Assembly (NCBI RefSeq): GCF_964188315.1
Contig: NC_135662.1
Location: forward strand, 7,626,001 to 7,690,000
Length of the DNA stretch: 64,000 nt
From: Podarcis muralis
Lineage: Eukaryota
Reading direction: 5' to 3'
The translations under genes and the position numbers were made by a program. The notes under the pieces were generated by a model. The model was not told where the DNA came from. It did no database searches and saw only the letters and a program-made list of their open reading frames with translations. Positions 59,794 through 64,000 of this stretch are shown here, piece after piece; position 1 is the stretch's first letter; each line of letters opens with the position of its first letter.

Positions 59794-60795
59794 TTACGAA
59801 AGGTTCCGAAGTGGGATCGAACAAGGAGGGTTCATTTCCTGTCTGTCATTCTCCTCTTCATTCAAAACCCGCTGGAGGATGACCAGTAGGCTCTCCCTAG
59901 ATTGACCTCCCTTCTTCCTCCCAACCAGAAAATAAAGCAACGGGTTCACACTGCTGTTGAGGGAGGCACACAAAAAGCCATAACGGACTGGAATGGGAAT
60001 TTTCAGGAGTAAAATTAATCTACAGAAAAGAATGGCATTGAGTGGGAAAGCAAGCATGAGGAAGAAGAGGAGTGTAAGTAAAATAACTATTAAAAGCCTT
60101 CCCCGCTTTTGCGGGTGGGATTTAAAACAGACTTTGATGAAAAGAATCACAGTTGAAATTGTCATGAGTGGGAGGCAAAGCAGTCCAGTCAAGAAAAATT
60201 GAAAATATGCTGTGACGATATAAAGACCGATGTTATATGATATAAAGGGAAATGTTTCTGAGAGAATGGAGAGGATTATGGAGAGAAGACAGGAGAGGAC
60301 CCATATGAGGGCACACACAGTGGTGGACAAATGGGTTGGCCGGACACACCGATGCCAAATAGGGAAGAGGACAGACACACATCTGTCAATGCTGATGGCT
60401 GTCAGAAGAAGTTGGCCAGTGTTGTATGTGAAGGATAAGAGACCAAAAGCAATACTATAAAGAAGATAATCAGGAAGCCTAATAAAAGTACGGAACTGTA
60501 GGCTCAGGAGGAATGCAAAGTCAGCAACAGCCAAATTAAGGATGTAGGTGGTGAACGGTTTCCTCCTAATGCGGAAACCAAGAAGCCAGATGACTGTTCC
60601 ATTCCCCAAAAATCCCACACAGCAGATAACTAAAATGAAGACATTTATTATAGTTTCTTCATATTGCTCATATTGGAAATCTTCTTGGTCATTATATGAG
60701 CTATTATAAGTTTCGTTGTACTCCTTATATGTCACAGCAACCGCAGCAGATTGCAAAGTCCCATTGATTTGTCTTTCCATGCTGAATGACTGCAT
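59794..60795 (-). CDS. MAS-related GPCR, R8, 333 aa
   Basis: Intact 7TM ORF, ATG to TAA; acceptor AG at 60835-60836. Confidence 0.96.
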   Translation of the reverse strand: MQSFSMERQINGTLQSAAVAVTYKEYNETYNSSYNDQEDFQYEQYEETIINVFILVICCVGFLGNGTVIWLLGFRIRRKPFTTYILNLAVADFAFLLSLQFRTFIRLPDYLLYSIAFGLLSFTYNTGQLLLTAISIDRCVSVLFPIWHRCVRPTHLSTTVCALIWVLSCLLSIILSILSETFPFISYNIGLYIVTAYFQFFLTGLLCLPLMTISTVILFIKVCFKSHPQKRGRLLIVILLTLLFFLMLAFPLNAILFCRLILLLKIPIPVRYGFLCASLNSSVNPLLYFLVGRKKGGQSRESLLVILQRVLNEEENDRQEMNPPCSIPLRNLS

Positions 60796-61329
60796 GTGGA
60801 AATGTTGTCTCCTCTTCTAGAACAGAAGTTTCTTCTAGGGAATGGAAAAGATCACAAAGATGTTTGACTCAGCTGGAACTCTGTGCAAAACCCAGAATTG
60901 TGAGAGCCAGGAACCCACTGAACCCACAAATTTTGTCTATCAAGCCAAAAATCATATATGTGCAATTCTTTGCCATCTAACTGAATCCCCCACATGGGCC
61001 ACACCCCTCTGGATTTTTTCTCATTGAGGGGTTGTTGTTTTTTTGGACTTTAGTGAGTTAGTTTACCTTGAAACTGGGTTTGATTGGTGCCAAGAGAAGA
61101 AATCAGTACAGCATTGCCTCGTCATCTGGCATTTACTGTCTGATATATAATGTCTCTCCAAAATTGGGGTTCAATCATTTTTCTTTTGCCATGGCCAAGC
61201 TCATCATTCTTGGCTTAGGAAAGAGACATCAGTAAGAATGAAGGAGATGGGCTGAGACAGAATGAGAAAGATGCCACCTTGTTTAGGGAAAGATTGCTAT
61301 AAAGTTTTATAGCAGTGAATTTCACTTAC

Positions 61330-61414
61330 CTACTGCACATTCATCTAGGTTGGTGGCACTACCTTCCAATGCAATAGGATCAGGCTGGGAACGAATGAGG
61401 ATGTGCAGGAGGTT
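61330..61414 (-). other. Predicted 85-nt 5' UTR exon of R8, proximal copy
   Basis: Acceptor ctctttcAG (61415-61416); donor AG|GTAAGT (61329). Confidence 0.55.
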
Positions 61415-61704
61415 CTGAAAGAGAGGTCAGGCAGTAATGTCACATTTTTTCTTATTTTTTCTCATTGAGTTTTGATTGGTGCTAAGAGAAGAAGTCAGTA
61501 CAGCATTCCCTGGCATTATTGTCTGGTATGTAATGTCTCTCCAAAATTGGGGTTCAGTCATATTTCTTTTGCTATGGCCAAGCTCATCATGCCTGCTTAG
61601 GAGGAGATATCAGTAAGCATGATGAACTGGAACAGGATGAGAAAGACACACCCTTCTTTAGGGAAAGATTGATATAAAGTTTTATAGCAGTGAATTTCCC
61701 TTAC

Positions 61705-61789
61705 CTACTGCACATTCATCCAGCTGGGTGAGGCTATCTTCCAATGCAATAAGAGCAGGCTAGGAATTAATGAGGATGTGCAGGAGGTT
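61705..61789 (-). other. Predicted 85-nt 5' UTR exon of R8, distal copy
   Basis: Acceptor at 61790-61791; donor AG|GTAAGG (61704); part of a local duplication of about 375 bp. Confidence 0.55.
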
Positions 61790-62774
61790 CTGAAAGAGAG
61801 GTCAGGCAGTAATGTCACATTTTTTCTTATTACGTATAACTCTTTTTGTACTTCAGTTCCTAGGATCTCCCCAAAATAGAGCAAGCTTTCTGATATGTCT
61901 ATATTGGCTCCCCCCTAACCAAGGAGGCTGTTTTTGACGGATGGGAAGCAAACACATGGTGGAGGGGCAGGGGTTTACCCAAGTAGTAGTAGCACCTTTA
62001 AGAAGCAAACATAATTGATAGATAAACAAATGAACAGATACCCCTGGTGGTGGTGATTCAGAAAATTTATAATACTCTCCCCTCCAAATTCCCCAGTCAT
62101 TTTGCTAGTGCAAGGAAACTGAGCATTAGCATTTGGGCTGTTACTTTAGGTGCAATTGAGAGCTGGTGGCATCACACCTTCGTGGCTTTCAGCTTGGCCC
62201 TACTCCAGGCACCTGTTTACGTCTACATCCCCTTCCTCCACAGTAGCCTCACACACAATATGCTGGGAAGACTTCGCAGTCCTCCTTGCCTACCAGATTC
62301 TCCTCTGGGGTGATGGGGAAATTTCCAAGAACTGGCAAGCAACCCAAGTAAATAGTGTGGAGAATTCTGATGATGGGGTAGGGATGTAACTAATCTTCAC
62401 TTGTAAGGACCAAGAATAAGGAAAGTGCTCTACTGGCATTCTGAGAGTTGACTCAATGAGTGTCTTATAGAAAAGGGAGAAACGAACTCTTCAGGGGGAT
62501 AACTATTGTTCTGTAGCTTCACACTAAGGATTTAGTCACTCACAGAACAGAGGAAGGAATTCAAGAATTAAAGAGAGTGTATATGTTTATATATTAAGCG
62601 GAATCCCCTCATTGTATGTGCTTCCAGGAACATGGATATCTGCTCCCTTCGTATTGCTTTAATAAGACCAACTTTCCCAAGAATTCCCTGATCAATCAGA
62701 GGTGAATTGCCTGCACTGGACTTGGATCACTTGAAATTACCCAGTCTATTCTGTGTACTTGTTAAAATACATTA

Positions 62775-63010
62775 CAGTACAGATTAAGTACTTAATTTGT
62801 TCCCGAGGTCCATTCTTAACCTGAAACTGTTCTTAACCTGAAACACCACTTTAGCTAATGGGGCCCCCTGCTGCTGCCGCCCCACTGGCGCACGATTTCT
62901 GTTCTCATCCTGAAGCAAAGTTCTGAACCCAAGGTACTATTTTTGGGTTAGCGGAGTCTGTACCCTAAAGAATATGTAACCAGAAGCGTAAGTAACCCAA
63001 GGTACCACTG
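62775..63010. mobile_element. Tigger-like MITE (duplicate of 55196)
   Basis: Same sequence and same insertion site as the 55196 copy. Confidence 0.88.
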
Positions 63011-63389
63011 TAATCTCATTGTGTCTGGATATCATGTTTGTTCTCTCCCTTGGCAAAACCTCAGGAAGTCACCTTCCTGAGTCTGAGTTAGACTATTGGT
63101 CTATCAAGATCAGGACTTGTCAAACAGACTCTCAGTGCCACTCTGTAGTATTTTTAAAAGTGGTCTTTTCAACCCTACCTGGAGGTGCCGGGAATCAACC
63201 TTCTGCAAGCACCACAGCTTGCATCCTGTGAATGTTTCACCCAACCTTCTGACTAACCGCAGATCAGCAGTCTTCAGAGATGGTGAGTGCAAGAGAACAA
63301 GGACACAACAACTATGACTGGAATGGCAGGTCCATGCACTTAAGAGAAAAAATATGGTCCCACTCATGCCCCAGGGGAAAATGATAAAT

Positions 63390-63720
63390 CTTACCAGTTT
63401 CACTCAAAGGTGCAAAACGGTCCGTCCTGTTCTTCATCTGGGTTTAATTTGATTCTTTGCCTCATAGGGCAAGAAGATGCTCTTTAATTGGATATGAGAT
63501 AATTATCAGTTCACCAAGGAGGAGGAGACTATTGTCATATATCTCCCAAAAGGCTACTGTCATGAAGACTAGGTTTGTAATTGGTTCTGGACGAAGCAGC
63601 TCATGTCTCACATACTTCTTTATCTGTACCAGACAAATGGAATAAATCAAGACCTCATCTCCAGATTTCTAATCAAGGCTGTCTAAGCAAGATAACAACT
63701 TCCTGGCCTTTTAACGGCCA
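63390..63720 (-). promoter_or_regulatory. Conserved upstream block, copy 9 (upstream of R8)
   Basis: Donor at 63394; TTATCT 63620-63625; TAACGG 63712-63717. Confidence 0.65.
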
Positions 63721-64000
63721 AAAGCATTTGTCCCTATGTGCCTTTTATTGGTTGGGGGAGTTGACTATTGGTGGGGAGACATGACTACCTAGGGTGGGAT
63801 AGAAGGTTGCTTTTGAGTAGGCCAACTAGGTGGAGGGGGGCAAGGAGTCAGAGCCATTTGCTGTGACCCATGGAAGGGCCCTGATCCACCAGGTCATCTA
63901 TCATTAGCAGGCAATTCCATAGTAACCAATGTAATGTTTATTTCTTTTCACTTATTTCATAAAATTTCAATTAAAAAACACACACACCCCAAAGCAGCTT

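Larger units (their letters stand above)
53051..60830. repeat. Tandem duplication unit D (R7 upstream region through R8)
   Basis: Colinear with unit C and with 60831-64000. Confidence 0.88.
60831..64000. repeat. Tandem duplication unit E (R8 upstream region, continues past the window)
   Basis: 62580-64000 is nearly identical to 55000-56430; track ORFs 55882/63457 and 56006/63581 translate identically. Confidence 0.9.

Overview
This is squamate genomic DNA, most likely a lacertid lizard: it carries Sauria SINEs, RTE-BovB, CR1, L2, L1, Tigger-like and hAT MITEs, and two N gaps. The window is a tandem cluster of MAS/MRGPR-family GPCR genes, all on the minus strand and each with a single coding exon. 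Seven ORFs are intact: R1 3996-4958, R2 9427-10377, R3 29448-30419, R4 36622-37587, R5 40296-41264, R6 45020-46003 and R8 59794-60795. R7 (52020-53021) is full length but has a nonsense codon at position 25. Two decayed pseudogenes lie at about 15660-16610 and 24545-24694. The right half (38.4-64 kb) is built from recent 3.5-8 kb tandem duplications. Main observations beyond the gene list: (1) a diverged non-coding block, probably promoter plus exon 1 with GATA/MYB sites, recurs in 9 copies upstream of nearly every receptor; (2) R5 appears to be a promoter-swap chimera made by tandem duplication; (3) a 1.9 kb L1-dependent element with an 18-bp TSD encodes an intact 209-aa coiled-coil protein and no RT; (4) a 1.1 kb hAT element carries CpG-island-like DNA, a consensus CTCF motif and CCCTAA repeats at the left edge of the cluster; (5) the extracellular surfaces of R5-R8 are hypervariable and mosaic, and R3 has lost the DRC arginine and the NPxxY asparagine. 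All alignments were done by eye. No database searches were run, so orthology and novelty are unverified.
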